Source of the DNA: a virus
Lineage: Duplodnaviria; Caudoviricetes
Direction: 5' to 3' (one strand)
DNA length: 30,210 nt
Virus record (IMG/VR): IMGVR_UViG_3300017913_002922
Span: 1-30,210 of that record
Below, in pieces: positions 1 through 8,364 of the stretch. The notes beneath the pieces are model-generated. The model saw nothing but the letters and a program-made list of their open reading frames with translations, was not told the origin of the DNA and ran no database searches. Both the position numbers and the translations under genes were made by a program. Positions within the stretch are counted from its first letter, which is position 1, and each line of letters begins with the position of its first letter.

Positions 1-1
1 C

Positions 2-661
2 GGCTTCCAGCAAGCCCAGCAGCGGGCCATGGGCGAGTTCGCTCGCCAGCAGGAGCAGCAGCGCGCGGCGGCAGGTCAGCTAGGGAACATCGCCGGGTCT
101 CAGCTTGCAGCCCAAACGGGCCTAGCTGGCCAGCTTGGCGAAGCCGCGCGGCAGCGCTACGCGGCCGGCACGGGCGCTGGCGAAACTATCCTTGGCCTTG
201 GCCAGGTCGGCGCAGGTGCCCAGATGGGCGCTGGTCAGGCGGCCTTAGGCACGGCTCAACAGCTGGCTGGTGCTCAGCAAGCCCTTGGCGGTCTCTACGG
301 CCAGCTAGGCGCGCAGCAGCTCGGTGCTCGCGCCGGCTACGGCGGCTTCCTGAGCGGCCTCGGTCAGCAAGCCCAAGCAGGCCAGCTGGCAGGCATTCAG
401 GCCCTCAGCGGGGCTGGTGCTATGCAGCAGCAACAGCAGCAAGCCATCCTCGATGCCCAGCGTCAGGCGGCCCTGCAGGCACAGGCGGCGCCTCTGGCTC
501 AGTATCAAGCACTCATGCCGTTCATCAGCATGGCCCCCACGGGGACCACGCAGATCTCGACTCAGTTCGCTCCCCCGCCGAGCCCGCTCCAGGCAGGCAT
601 CGGCACCGGGCTCGCAACCCTGGGCGCGCTGGGCAACCTCTTCAACCCGCAGCGGACCTAG
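2..661 (+). CDS. Gln/Gly/Ala-rich virion protein, probable DNA-ejection/pilot protein (5'-truncated)
   Basis: The frame is open from the window edge (GFQQAQQRAMGEF...). It is low-complexity Q/G/A helical sequence with a hydrophobic C-terminus (GIGTGLATLGALGNLF) and lies upstream of two other ejection-like genes. Confidence 0.65.
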   Translation, partial: GFQQAQQRAMGEFARQQEQQRAAAGQLGNIAGSQLAAQTGLAGQLGEAARQRYAAGTGAGETILGLGQVGAGAQMGAGQAALGTAQQLAGAQQALGGLYGQLGAQQLGARAGYGGFLSGLGQQAQAGQLAGIQALSGAGAMQQQQQQAILDAQRQAALQAQAAPLAQYQALMPFISMAPTGTTQISTQFAPPPSPLQAGIGTGLATLGALGNLFNPQRT

Positions 662-667
662 ACGAGG

Positions 668-2410
668 ATGGCCATGAATCGAGCCCAGATGTTCAAGCAG
701 GTGCGGGGATACAAGATCGGGGGCGGTATCGACTCTTTGTTCCCGCAGCAAGCGCAGAGCCTTGAGGAAATGCTGGGCCTGCAGAGCCCGTTTACCGTCG
801 GCCAGGTTTCTCCTGTCACGCGCCGGGATTTTGATCTACCGATTCAGATGCCGGAACAAGAGCAGCCCATGGCGCCTGAGACCTATCAGCAGATCACCTT
901 GCCTACGCTCGACGCATCGTTGGATCCGGTCTACCCGGGCCTGCTTGAGGCGTTGACGCCCCCAGAAACGAGCCCGGTGGCGGCAATGTCCGAAGCCGGT
1001 GGGGCCCTGGGCGCCGCCACCGAGCTCGCTCCCTACGACTCTGAAATCGAGCGCCTGAAGAAGCTTCTCGGCGTCGACAAGACTTACGAAGAGCGCGTCG
1101 CTGGCTACGAGGAGCGCCTTGCCGGGCTCCAGCCTGAACGCGAGCAGATGAACATCTATGACGTGGCCAGCCAGCTGGGCAGGGCGGTCCTGTCCCAGGA
1201 CCCGAGCACCGGGCCCTTCCGCGGCATCGGGGTCGGCTTCGCAAACATCTCCGACCAGCTGCGCGCCGAGCGTCGCGAGCGGCAGAAGTCTAAGCAAGCT
1301 TTGGCATTCAAGGCAGCTGAGCTCGCGATGGAAGACGAGCGCAGGGCCCAGGAATACCTGACCAAGTACAGCATCGAGCTCTTGAGGGACCAAGACCCGG
1401 GTGACGTGAAGCTGGTGCGCCTGGAGTATGACGAGGTCGATGACGCCGGGCAGCCCACGGGGCGTCGAGTCTCGCGCACCTTCGACAAGGTGACAGACTC
1501 TAAGCAAATCAGAGAGCTCCTGAGCCGGCGCAACGCTATGGAGGTCTCCATCGAGCCTACGCCGCCCGCGGCGCCCTCTCCTGAGACCGAGCTCGATAAG
1601 GTCCGTGCTAAGGCCCTAAGCGCGCGCATGACGGAGCTGGCGACCAATGCTGATTTGGCGAGCGCCGCACTCGATAACATCCAGCAGGGCAAGATTCTCG
1701 CTGACCGCATCGGCCCCGAGGGCTTCGGAAAGGGCCAAGAATCAACGATGGCGCTGCGCCAGTTCGTGGCCAGCTTCGCCCCAGACTTCATCGATAAGAG
1801 TCGCTTGAGCGCCCAGGAGGCTCTCCAGCAGATCACAGTGGCCTTCACCCTGGCGAACACGGCGAAAACCAAGGGCGCGATCTCTGACTCCGAGATGCGC
1901 CTCTTCCGCGAGGCTTCGCCTTACCTCGGGCAGACCTACGAGGGCTTCATGATGGCCCTGGATCTCCAGCGCCGGGCTGCTGAAAAGGTGCTTCAGTTCA
2001 ACCGCGAGTATAACCAGCACATGGAGGACTACCTCGATTCCTTCGTGACGGAGAACGGTCGGCAGCCCACCGGGGTTGAAGTCGATAACGAAATGCGTCG
2101 CTGGGAAGGCCGCTGGAAGGAAGAAGGCCGAGATCTGTTCCTGACCGACGAGGACAGGGAGCGGATCAAAGAATTTGAGCGCCAAGGGGAAGCGGCCGGC
2201 CTCACTGGAGACTTCAGCTCTTTGGAAGATCGCTACAATCGAATCCAGACCGAGCGCGCCGGGCGCGTTGCTAAGGCAACGGACGATGCCTTGAATATTT
2301 CGATGCAGAATCCTGAGGCGTATATCGAAATGATTCAGAATGATCGGGATCTTTCGGAGGCAGACAAGCAGCGCCTGATTCGTCGCTTTAGCGCCATGCT
2401 GGAGGAATAG
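668..2410 (+). CDS. internal virion / DNA-ejection protein (580 aa)
   Basis: Long helical ORF, RBS GAGG, and a KGAISDSEMRLFREASPYLGQT motif of the kind seen in podovirus injection proteins. Function is inferred. Confidence 0.6.
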   Translation: MAMNRAQMFKQVRGYKIGGGIDSLFPQQAQSLEEMLGLQSPFTVGQVSPVTRRDFDLPIQMPEQEQPMAPETYQQITLPTLDASLDPVYPGLLEALTPPETSPVAAMSEAGGALGAATELAPYDSEIERLKKLLGVDKTYEERVAGYEERLAGLQPEREQMNIYDVASQLGRAVLSQDPSTGPFRGIGVGFANISDQLRAERRERQKSKQALAFKAAELAMEDERRAQEYLTKYSIELLRDQDPGDVKLVRLEYDEVDDAGQPTGRRVSRTFDKVTDSKQIRELLSRRNAMEVSIEPTPPAAPSPETELDKVRAKALSARMTELATNADLASAALDNIQQGKILADRIGPEGFGKGQESTMALRQFVASFAPDFIDKSRLSAQEALQQITVAFTLANTAKTKGAISDSEMRLFREASPYLGQTYEGFMMALDLQRRAAEKVLQFNREYNQHMEDYLDSFVTENGRQPTGVEVDNEMRRWEGRWKEEGRDLFLTDEDRERIKEFERQGEAAGLTGDFSSLEDRYNRIQTERAGRVAKATDDALNISMQNPEAYIEMIQNDRDLSEADKQRLIRRFSAMLEE

Positions 2411-2413
2411 AGC

Positions 2414-4657
2414 ATGCCGAGCCCAGAGTTCTACGACACCCGTATCGCCGCCCTAGAGGCAGCTCGTAAGCGCGCCCGAGATCCCGACGTGATCAACCGT
2501 GCGGCCCGCGCGAGCCTGTTCTTCGACGACGACGCGATGATCGAGTACCTGGCCTCGCAGCGCTTCCCGAACGATCCTAGCGCTGCCATGCGTTACGAGA
2601 TGCGCGACGGCGAGATCGTCTTCCAGGACGACGAGGGCAACTTCGTGCCTGAGTTCGACTTTGGCGAGGACGGGAGCCTGGTCGGCGAGTACCTGGTCCC
2701 GAATCTGGCGCCGGCGGTGACTTTTGCCGCGGACTTGGCGGGCGGAATGATGGGCGCCAAGCGCGGCTTTGAAACCGGAGCGAACCTGGTGCGCAGCAGC
2801 GGCATCAGGAATCCTTATGCCGCAGGCGCCATCATGCTCGGCTCTGCAGCCGCCGGTGGCTTTGGCGGGACCGCGGCAGTTGGAGGCGCGGCCCGCGGCC
2901 TTCGCGAGCTCACGATCGATCAGTTCTACAACCTGCCGCCCGAAGAGGCTGCGGCGGCGTTCCGGGACCTTATGGTCTCCTCAGGCTTCTCGGCGATCCC
3001 CTTTGGCGCCGGCCCGACCCGGAGCGTGGTGCAGAAATTCACCGGCAAGGAGGACGCCCTGCGCTACCTCCTTAATCTGCGCGCGAGCACGGACGAGGTG
3101 ATCCGCGAGGCGCAGCAGAAGTTCGGGATCCAGCTGACCCCTGCCGAGGCCACGGACTTCGTGACCAAGGCCGCAAACATTCAGTTCTTCCTGAGCCGCC
3201 AGCCCCAGATTGCCAAGATCCGGAATTTCTACGACAGCCGCGCCGGGCGGATCCGGGAGGCCGTGGAGGTCTTCGCGGACAAGCTAGGCTCCGGGATGCA
3301 GTCTTTTGGAGATATCAACCGCCGACTAAGAGAGACGGCCAACGCGGCTATGGATGAGCTCACTAAGCGCCGTAAGGCCCGGGCGGGCAAGCTTTACGAT
3401 GCCCTGCGCGGCGAGGGTGGTGAAGAGCTCTACCAAATTAATACCACGCCGATCATTCAAAAGATCAACCAGCGGCTGGCGGATCCGAACATCGACCCGG
3501 ACATGGAAAAAACCCTTAAGGCTTTCCGGGCGCTGTTTTACAACCGAGACGGCGAGCGCATCTCCGGGCTCATGGATATCCACAACCGTCGAAAGTCGGG
3601 GATGCAAAACCTGATCAAGGAGAACCTCGGCACCGAGCAGGGCAATGTCCTGATCGGGCTCCGAGACGACATGACCCTGCTCATGGACGAGGCGGCTCCC
3701 GAGTATCGCCTGGCGCGCCGGGTATACGACCCGACCAAGCCGAACCTGCAAGTCACCGAGCGCTCGGCTGTCGGCAAGATTGCCAACATGATAACGGACA
3801 AGCAGACCGCCAACGCGCTGAAGGAGCTTTTCAATCCGAACGTGTCGGTGCAGTCCATTCGCAACGCGCGGCGTGTGCTCCAGGCTCAGGACCCGCAGGC
3901 CTGGAAGGACGTCAAGGGCATGTACATCAAGACCCGCCTAGACGATTTTTGGCGCGCCAGCGGCGAGCAAGGTCTGCCTCAGTTTCAGCAGTTCTTTGCC
4001 AGCCCGCGCACCCGGGCAATGATGGAAGAGATGCTGGACCCGGACGAGTTCAAAAACTTCAGCCGCCTGATTGAGATCATCGGCAAGTCGCAGAGCATCC
4101 AGCGTTCTGCTTCCGCCACGCAGCAGCTGATCTCCCTGGAGGAGCGCCTGGCGAAGGAAGGCAAGGGCCTGGGGGCATCGACTATCGAGACGCTCCTGGC
4201 CGCCCTGCGGCTCCCTGGGCGCATCCTGTCGGGCCAGGTGGGCGACGACCTCGTGCGGAACATCAGCATGAAGCAGGCCGACGCCTACATGGACAAGCTG
4301 ACGGACGTGCTCCTGGGCGAGAGCGGCGAGGAGGTCATTGACCAGGCCTATCGCTACTTCATGCCCCTGGAGTTCGGCGCCAAGCAGTCTCTGATGCGCG
4401 GCGGGATCGAGGCCGAGGAGGCTCTGACCGAGCCCCGAGAGCGTGCGTACATGCCCACCGAGGGTCAGTTCCAGGCCATCGAGGAGCAGCGTGCGCGGGA
4501 TGATCAGTACCTGCAGAGCCTGCTACAGCAGCAGCCCCAAACCATGGCCCCCATGCCCCAGGGCTTCAACCCGGCCATGTCTCCGACGATCCTGCCCCGC
4601 GCAGAGGACCGGGAGCTGGCTGCCCGCCTGCAGGGCGGGATCATGGGCCTGGGCTAG
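2414..4657 (+). CDS. large internal virion / DNA-transfer protein (747 aa)
   Basis: RBS GGAGG, a Gly/Ala-rich hydrophobic segment near aa 95-160, then a long helical region. It is the last gene of this + strand run. Confidence 0.6.
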   Translation: MPSPEFYDTRIAALEAARKRARDPDVINRAARASLFFDDDAMIEYLASQRFPNDPSAAMRYEMRDGEIVFQDDEGNFVPEFDFGEDGSLVGEYLVPNLAPAVTFAADLAGGMMGAKRGFETGANLVRSSGIRNPYAAGAIMLGSAAAGGFGGTAAVGGAARGLRELTIDQFYNLPPEEAAAAFRDLMVSSGFSAIPFGAGPTRSVVQKFTGKEDALRYLLNLRASTDEVIREAQQKFGIQLTPAEATDFVTKAANIQFFLSRQPQIAKIRNFYDSRAGRIREAVEVFADKLGSGMQSFGDINRRLRETANAAMDELTKRRKARAGKLYDALRGEGGEELYQINTTPIIQKINQRLADPNIDPDMEKTLKAFRALFYNRDGERISGLMDIHNRRKSGMQNLIKENLGTEQGNVLIGLRDDMTLLMDEAAPEYRLARRVYDPTKPNLQVTERSAVGKIANMITDKQTANALKELFNPNVSVQSIRNARRVLQAQDPQAWKDVKGMYIKTRLDDFWRASGEQGLPQFQQFFASPRTRAMMEEMLDPDEFKNFSRLIEIIGKSQSIQRSASATQQLISLEERLAKEGKGLGASTIETLLAALRLPGRILSGQVGDDLVRNISMKQADAYMDKLTDVLLGESGEEVIDQAYRYFMPLEFGAKQSLMRGGIEAEEALTEPRERAYMPTEGQFQAIEEQRARDDQYLQSLLQQQPQTMAPMPQGFNPAMSPTILPRAEDRELAARLQGGIMGLG

Positions 4658-4899
4658 GCCTCAGGCTCGCTAGCGAGGGGGCGCATGGACACCATCGCCC
4701 CGTCGACCCCGTAGTCGAACTCAAAGCCCATGTGCTGATCTCCGTCGACCTCGATGACGAGGTTCCTGGAGATCAGGCGCAGGAGCGCAGCCTGGTGATG
4801 CAGGGTCAGGCGGGAGAAAAGCTCGATGACCTCCGCGGCCTCAAGCACGGGCTGGTAGGTTTGGGGGACAGCGCGCGGCTTCTTGCTGAACAGGTTCAT
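4654..4899 (-). CDS. hypothetical protein (81 aa)
   Basis: The ATG overlaps the stop of the upstream RHH gene (ATGA coupling). Convergent with 2414-4657. Confidence 0.6.
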   Translation of the reverse strand: MNLFSKKPRAVPQTYQPVLEAAEVIELFSRLTLHHQAALLRLISRNLVIEVDGDQHMGFEFDYGVDGAMVSMRPLASEPEA

Positions 4900-5063
4900 C
4901 TGCACGGCCTCTCTCCGAAGATGCGAGCATGTTCGCGCTCGATGAGCATGCGCAACTCGTCAACCTTCGACCGACGCTCCTGCATGCAGAGCTCCTGCAG
5001 CAGATCGTAAGTCTCCTGGTCGACCGCCAGCGACTTCCGCTGGGTGGGCTTTTTTGCTTCCAT
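4896..5063 (-). CDS. ribbon-helix-helix (CopG/Arc-like) DNA-binding protein (55 aa)
   Basis: RKSLAVDQETYDLLQELCMQERRSKVDELRMLIERE fits the RHH strand-helix-helix pattern. It is the C-terminal part of the 315-aa track ORF. Confidence 0.75.
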   Translation of the reverse strand: MEAKKPTQRKSLAVDQETYDLLQELCMQERRSKVDELRMLIEREHARIFGERPCR

Positions 5064-5123
5064 GATGCGCCTCGGTGTTTTTCGACTCGCCAAGGCTACC
5101 GTTTTGTGCAAAGATTCACAACC

Positions 5124-5762
5124 ATGCACACAATCAAGAACCCACTGCTTTCGATGCCCTCGGCCTGGTGCCTGAACCAGTCCCTGCATAAGGCGTCGGA
5201 AGAGACGGTGCCCCTGATCAGCGCCTTCCAGGCCGCCCAGGGGCGCGAGGCGTTGCCCAAGACCCCCGTCTACCGTATGGCCAAGGCGGTCTACCCGAAC
5301 GTGTGGCGCGTGCCCCTGTTTCGCCGGCAATGGTGCTCGATGATCGTCGAAGAGCTCCAGGGCATGGTGCGACAGGACCCGCGGGCGCCGATCGTGCTCC
5401 GGGACGAGATCCCCGAGCTCGCGGAGCGGGTGTTCTTCTTGAGTCAGAGCGTGCTCCAGAGCGTGCTGTTCTCCCTGATGCAGCGGGAGTGCAAGACGGT
5501 CCTGAGCGCCCACATCACGCAAACCGTGCCCGGGGCACCGGAACCCTGGCGCCACCAGGGTTCGGCCGACGTGGTGGTGAGCGTGCCCCTGAACGCGGGC
5601 TACGAGGGCGGTGGGGTGGCCTTCCACCAGCATGGCACCCTGAAGAGCCTGCCCGCAGGTCACGCCCTGGTCTGGCCGGCCTTCCCCCATAGCTACCGCT
5701 TTGAGCCCGTAACCTCCGGCCGGCGGTGGATGCTGCACGTCTGGCTCACCGACCGGAGCTAG
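5124..5762 (+). CDS. 2OG-Fe(II) oxygenase-fold protein (lysyl/prolyl hydroxylase-like) with degenerate metal ligands
   Basis: VYPNVWRVPLFRRQWCSMIVEEL, VPLNAGYEGGGVAF, GHALVWP and VTSGRRWML match the PLOD-type catalytic domain layout. The HxD position reads RHQ and the distal His position reads Y. Confidence 0.75.
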   Translation: MHTIKNPLLSMPSAWCLNQSLHKASEETVPLISAFQAAQGREALPKTPVYRMAKAVYPNVWRVPLFRRQWCSMIVEELQGMVRQDPRAPIVLRDEIPELAERVFFLSQSVLQSVLFSLMQRECKTVLSAHITQTVPGAPEPWRHQGSADVVVSVPLNAGYEGGGVAFHQHGTLKSLPAGHALVWPAFPHSYRFEPVTSGRRWMLHVWLTDRS

Positions 5763-5892
5763 CTGGTGCGCCGACCGCCGGGCAACGGGCGGAAACCACG
5801 ACGGCGACGCAAGGCAATTTTCCTCCCCTCCCCGACTGCCCACCAGGTTGACAATCTGGCGTCTTGATTTTGCTCACAGCTTTTCCACAAAC

Positions 5893-5996
5893 GACCGTTC
5901 GTCGGTGGGCCTAAATCATTTGCACAAACTTGTGGACATCGACACGGAGCTATAGATAATAGACACATACCGGCGCGGGGCCGGTCGAGAGGAGAA
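5893..5996 (+). promoter_or_regulatory. repeated early promoter cassette, copy 1
   Basis: ACCGTTCGTCGG box (5894-5905); -35-position GTGGAC (5932-37), N17, -10 GATAAT (5955-60); core ACATCGACACGG (5936-47); CCGGC..GCCGG leader hairpin; RBS GAGAGGAG. Confidence 0.75.
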
Positions 5997-6001
5997 CGAA
6001 C

Positions 6002-6262
6002 ATGTATCAGAACAAAACCTTTCAGCGCATGATCGAGGCTGCGGACGCGGCGTTCTTTGAGGGCGACATGATTCGCGTCTGTGTGGACATCGACAGGGTC
6101 GAGCGCGCTAGCGAGACCCGCATGATCAACGCCGCCTTCGCGTCTGGCGCCTTTGACGCCTTTGAGGATGACGGCGTTATCCACTGCGTCTTCTTCGCCA
6201 CCTCTGATTTGTTCGCTCGGTTGAGCGAGCACAGCGTCATCGAGATTGAGGAGTCGGCGTAA
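6002..6262 (+). CDS. hypothetical early protein (86 aa, acidic)
   Basis: Strong RBS directly after promoter cassette 1. Confidence 0.75.
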   Translation: MYQNKTFQRMIEAADAAFFEGDMIRVCVDIDRVERASETRMINAAFASGAFDAFEDDGVIHCVFFATSDLFARLSEHSVIEIEESA

Positions 6263-6279
6263 GCCGCCCAGGAGGAACG

Positions 6280-6477
6280 ATGAACCACACGATCAACAAC
6301 CCCACGACCCGCAAGGTGCGCAACCGTGGCTTTGAGCCGGTTGCGTTTCATCACACCTCGGGGGTCCACAACGGCTGGATCTTCAAGCGCGGCACCAAGT
6401 GGATCCACGCGCACTTTCCCAGCCTCGGCAACATCAAGCTTGCCAAGGCCGACCTTCGCTACGTTAAGGAGCTCTGA
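6280..6477 (+). CDS. hypothetical early protein (65 aa, basic)
   Basis: RBS AGGAGG and operon spacing. Confidence 0.7.
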   Translation: MNHTINNPTTRKVRNRGFEPVAFHHTSGVHNGWIFKRGTKWIHAHFPSLGNIKLAKADLRYVKEL

Positions 6478-6479
6478 TC

Positions 6480-6908
6480 ATGAAAGTCGAACGCAGCGCC
6501 ACTCTCGCTTTCAAAATCATTGGCTACGGCCCCCTGGCGACGCGAGCCTTCCCCGGCTGCGCGTCCGATGCGCCTGACCCTGCTGTCGATGAGGCAGCGC
6601 GCCAGGATCTGGTTATCGCCTTAGAGGAAGCCTTAGATTCGGATGGGCAGCGCGACCCGCTCGATCTTTGGTTTGTAGCGTTTCGCGCAGCGTGCGTCCT
6701 GCACCCGGACAGATTGCTGCGCAAGCGAGCACCAAAAGAGAGGCTGGCTCGCACCATCTGGGTAGCGCTCACCTTGCAGATCAACCCTGCCAAGGTGAGC
6801 GAGGCCCTAGCCAAAGAGGCGGAGGCCTGGGATGAGGAGCAGTGTGCGCTCTTCAACGCCATCACCGACGTCCTGGAAGGCTTCGATCTATCGGGCTACG
6901 ACGAGTAG
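6480..6908 (+). CDS. hypothetical early protein (142 aa)
   Basis: RBS AAGGAG, 2 nt after the previous stop. Confidence 0.65.
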   Translation: MKVERSATLAFKIIGYGPLATRAFPGCASDAPDPAVDEAARQDLVIALEEALDSDGQRDPLDLWFVAFRAACVLHPDRLLRKRAPKERLARTIWVALTLQINPAKVSEALAKEAEAWDEEQCALFNAITDVLEGFDLSGYDE

Positions 6909-6946
6909 CCCATCCCTCCCCGGGGCGGCGCCCGCCGCCTCGGAAT

Positions 6947-7050
6947 GACCGTTCATCGGTCGGCATATTTTTCTTGTGTTTATCTGTACACATCGACACG
7001 GAGCCATGTATGATGGGCTCATACCGGCATGGGGTCGGATGAGAGGAGAA
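6947..7050 (+). promoter_or_regulatory. repeated early promoter cassette, copy 2
   Basis: Gap-free colinear with 5893-5996. GTACAC (6986-91), N17, TATGAT (7009-14); core at 6990-7001; RBS GAGAGGAG. Confidence 0.8.
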
Positions 7051-7055
7051 GTGAA

Positions 7056-7616
7056 ATGTTGGAAGTCACCTATTACCACGTTGAGCATTTCGTTGAGCCC
7101 GCACAGGGCTGGAAGCGGGTTCGGTCGCATGGCGCTCTGCAAGACAGGGCTCAAGCAGAACAGCTGCTTCAAGAGGAGAAGGCGCATTGGGACCAGTACC
7201 TGGCCGAGTCGGAGCAGGAAGCCGGGGACGATGAGGCTTTCCGCGCTCACATCAAGCGCCTGCAAGAGGTCGGGGATTGGCGGATCGTTGAAGAGGTGAA
7301 GACCTTTACCCACGCTTCCCTCTATCGGTTCTCCGACGTTGAAGCCTTTGAGATTGTCAAGGTCATCAGCGAGCAGACGCTGGAAGTACGGCCCATGAAA
7401 ACCTCCCACTCTATCGCTGGCCTTGAGTTCACCCCCGGCGGGTTCTTTGGTCATGTCCACGATCAACACAAGCAGAAGGTGACCTACGAGTCCAACCCGG
7501 AAGCTGGGACCCTGCGCATCCGCAGAAAGAGGGGCTCGGCGGACCTCTGGGGACACAAGGGCGACACCTTCCGCCTCAAGACCGAGCCCTACGCCTTTTA
7601 CGATTACAACTTCTAA
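7056..7616 (+). CDS. hypothetical early protein (186 aa, ends EPYAFYDYNF)
   Basis: The ATG at 7056 follows RBS GAGAGGAG. The track start at 7029 lies inside the promoter leader. Confidence 0.75.
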   Translation: MLEVTYYHVEHFVEPAQGWKRVRSHGALQDRAQAEQLLQEEKAHWDQYLAESEQEAGDDEAFRAHIKRLQEVGDWRIVEEVKTFTHASLYRFSDVEAFEIVKVISEQTLEVRPMKTSHSIAGLEFTPGGFFGHVHDQHKQKVTYESNPEAGTLRIRRKRGSADLWGHKGDTFRLKTEPYAFYDYNF

Positions 7617-7624
7617 ATTGAACC

Positions 7625-7642
7625 GGGCCGCGAGAGCGGCCC
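7625..7642 (+). other. intergenic GNRA-capped hairpin
   Basis: GGGCCGC-GAGA-GCGGCCC with no U-tract, immediately before the RBS of the next gene. Confidence 0.5.
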
Positions 7643-7655
7643 TAGGAGAGGCACG

Positions 7656-8099
7656 ATGAGCTGCTACCTGACCGACGCCGAGACCATCGGCATGATTGCA
7701 CGCTGGGCCGCGGACAACTGCGGCACCTTCCGGAACATGATCAAGGGCGGCGACCGCCTGAAGCTTGACGCGCCGCAGATCGCCAAGATCCTCGGCGCCG
7801 AGAACCTCGCCAGCTGCGAGGCCCGCTACCCGAACCACGGCGTCGCCGGCGGGTTCCTGGACGACGGCATCACCCCGGCCGACTACCTCGCCGCCTGCGC
7901 CCAGAAGGCCCGCTACCGGGGCTACAACACGAGCCCCGCGGGGGCTTGGCGCATGACCGCCACCCTGGAGTATCAGTCCTGCGAGACCCGGGAGTGGATC
8001 GAGAGCGACGCCTACTGGATCTGCGACATGATCAAGCACGTCGCCGGGCGCTACATGGCCGAGGACCTGGTCAGCGTGGAGAGCCGGCAATGGACCTGA
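7656..8099 (+). CDS. hypothetical early protein (147 aa)
   Basis: RBS GGAGAGG, high-GC3 codon usage, and ENLAS..ARY / LEYQSCE segments. Confidence 0.75.
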   Translation: MSCYLTDAETIGMIARWAADNCGTFRNMIKGGDRLKLDAPQIAKILGAENLASCEARYPNHGVAGGFLDDGITPADYLAACAQKARYRGYNTSPAGAWRMTATLEYQSCETREWIESDAYWICDMIKHVAGRYMAEDLVSVESRQWT

Positions 8100-8299
8100 T
8101 CAAGACGCTCGTGAACGAGGAGGACGGCCTGGCCGTCGCCATCTACCAGCTGCCGTCCGGATCCTTCCGGACGGTCTTTGAGGACACCGACGCCGACGGC
8201 ATCATCGACGTTCGCAGCCACGCCGCGAGCAAGCCCTTGGCCGAGGTCGAGGCCTGGGCGGCCCACGTCCTGGACCTGGAGCCCGCCGACGAACGGTAG
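8090..8299 (+). CDS. hypothetical early protein (69 aa)
   Basis: MDLIKTLVNEE... starts after GGAG and overlaps the previous stop. Confidence 0.65.
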   Translation: MDLIKTLVNEEDGLAVAIYQLPSGSFRTVFEDTDADGIIDVRSHAASKPLAEVEAWAAHVLDLEPADER

Positions 8300-8357
8300 T
8301 GTCGAGATGTACACATCGACACGGAGACGTGTAGAATGGGCACATCTTAGAGAGGAG
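8286..8357 (+). promoter_or_regulatory. repeated early promoter cassette, copy 3
   Basis: Inverted ACCGTTCGTCGG box (8286-97); GTACAC (8309-14), N17, TAGAAT (8332-37); core at 8313-24; RBS GAGAGGAG. Confidence 0.8.
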
Positions 8358-8364
8358 ATGCGCC

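Noticed and set aside
4896-5843. 315-aa minus ORF and the 277-aa extended plus ORF from 4929
   Set aside because: They overlap each other. The region is better explained by a 55-aa RHH gene (4896-5063) and a 212-aa oxygenase-fold gene (5124-5762) with a short divergent gap.
5881-5889. DnaA box TTTTCCACA
   Set aside because: It is a single match with no cluster, so it could be chance.
7625-7642. Intrinsic terminator
   Set aside because: The hairpin lacks a U-tract and sits within an operon, so it is kept only as a structural element.
6888-8090. 400-aa minus-strand ORF and similar long antisense ORFs (16437-17399, 20422-21297, 24222-25151, 26021-26833)
   Set aside because: They are shadow frames of high-GC genes on the opposite strand, with no recognisable motifs.
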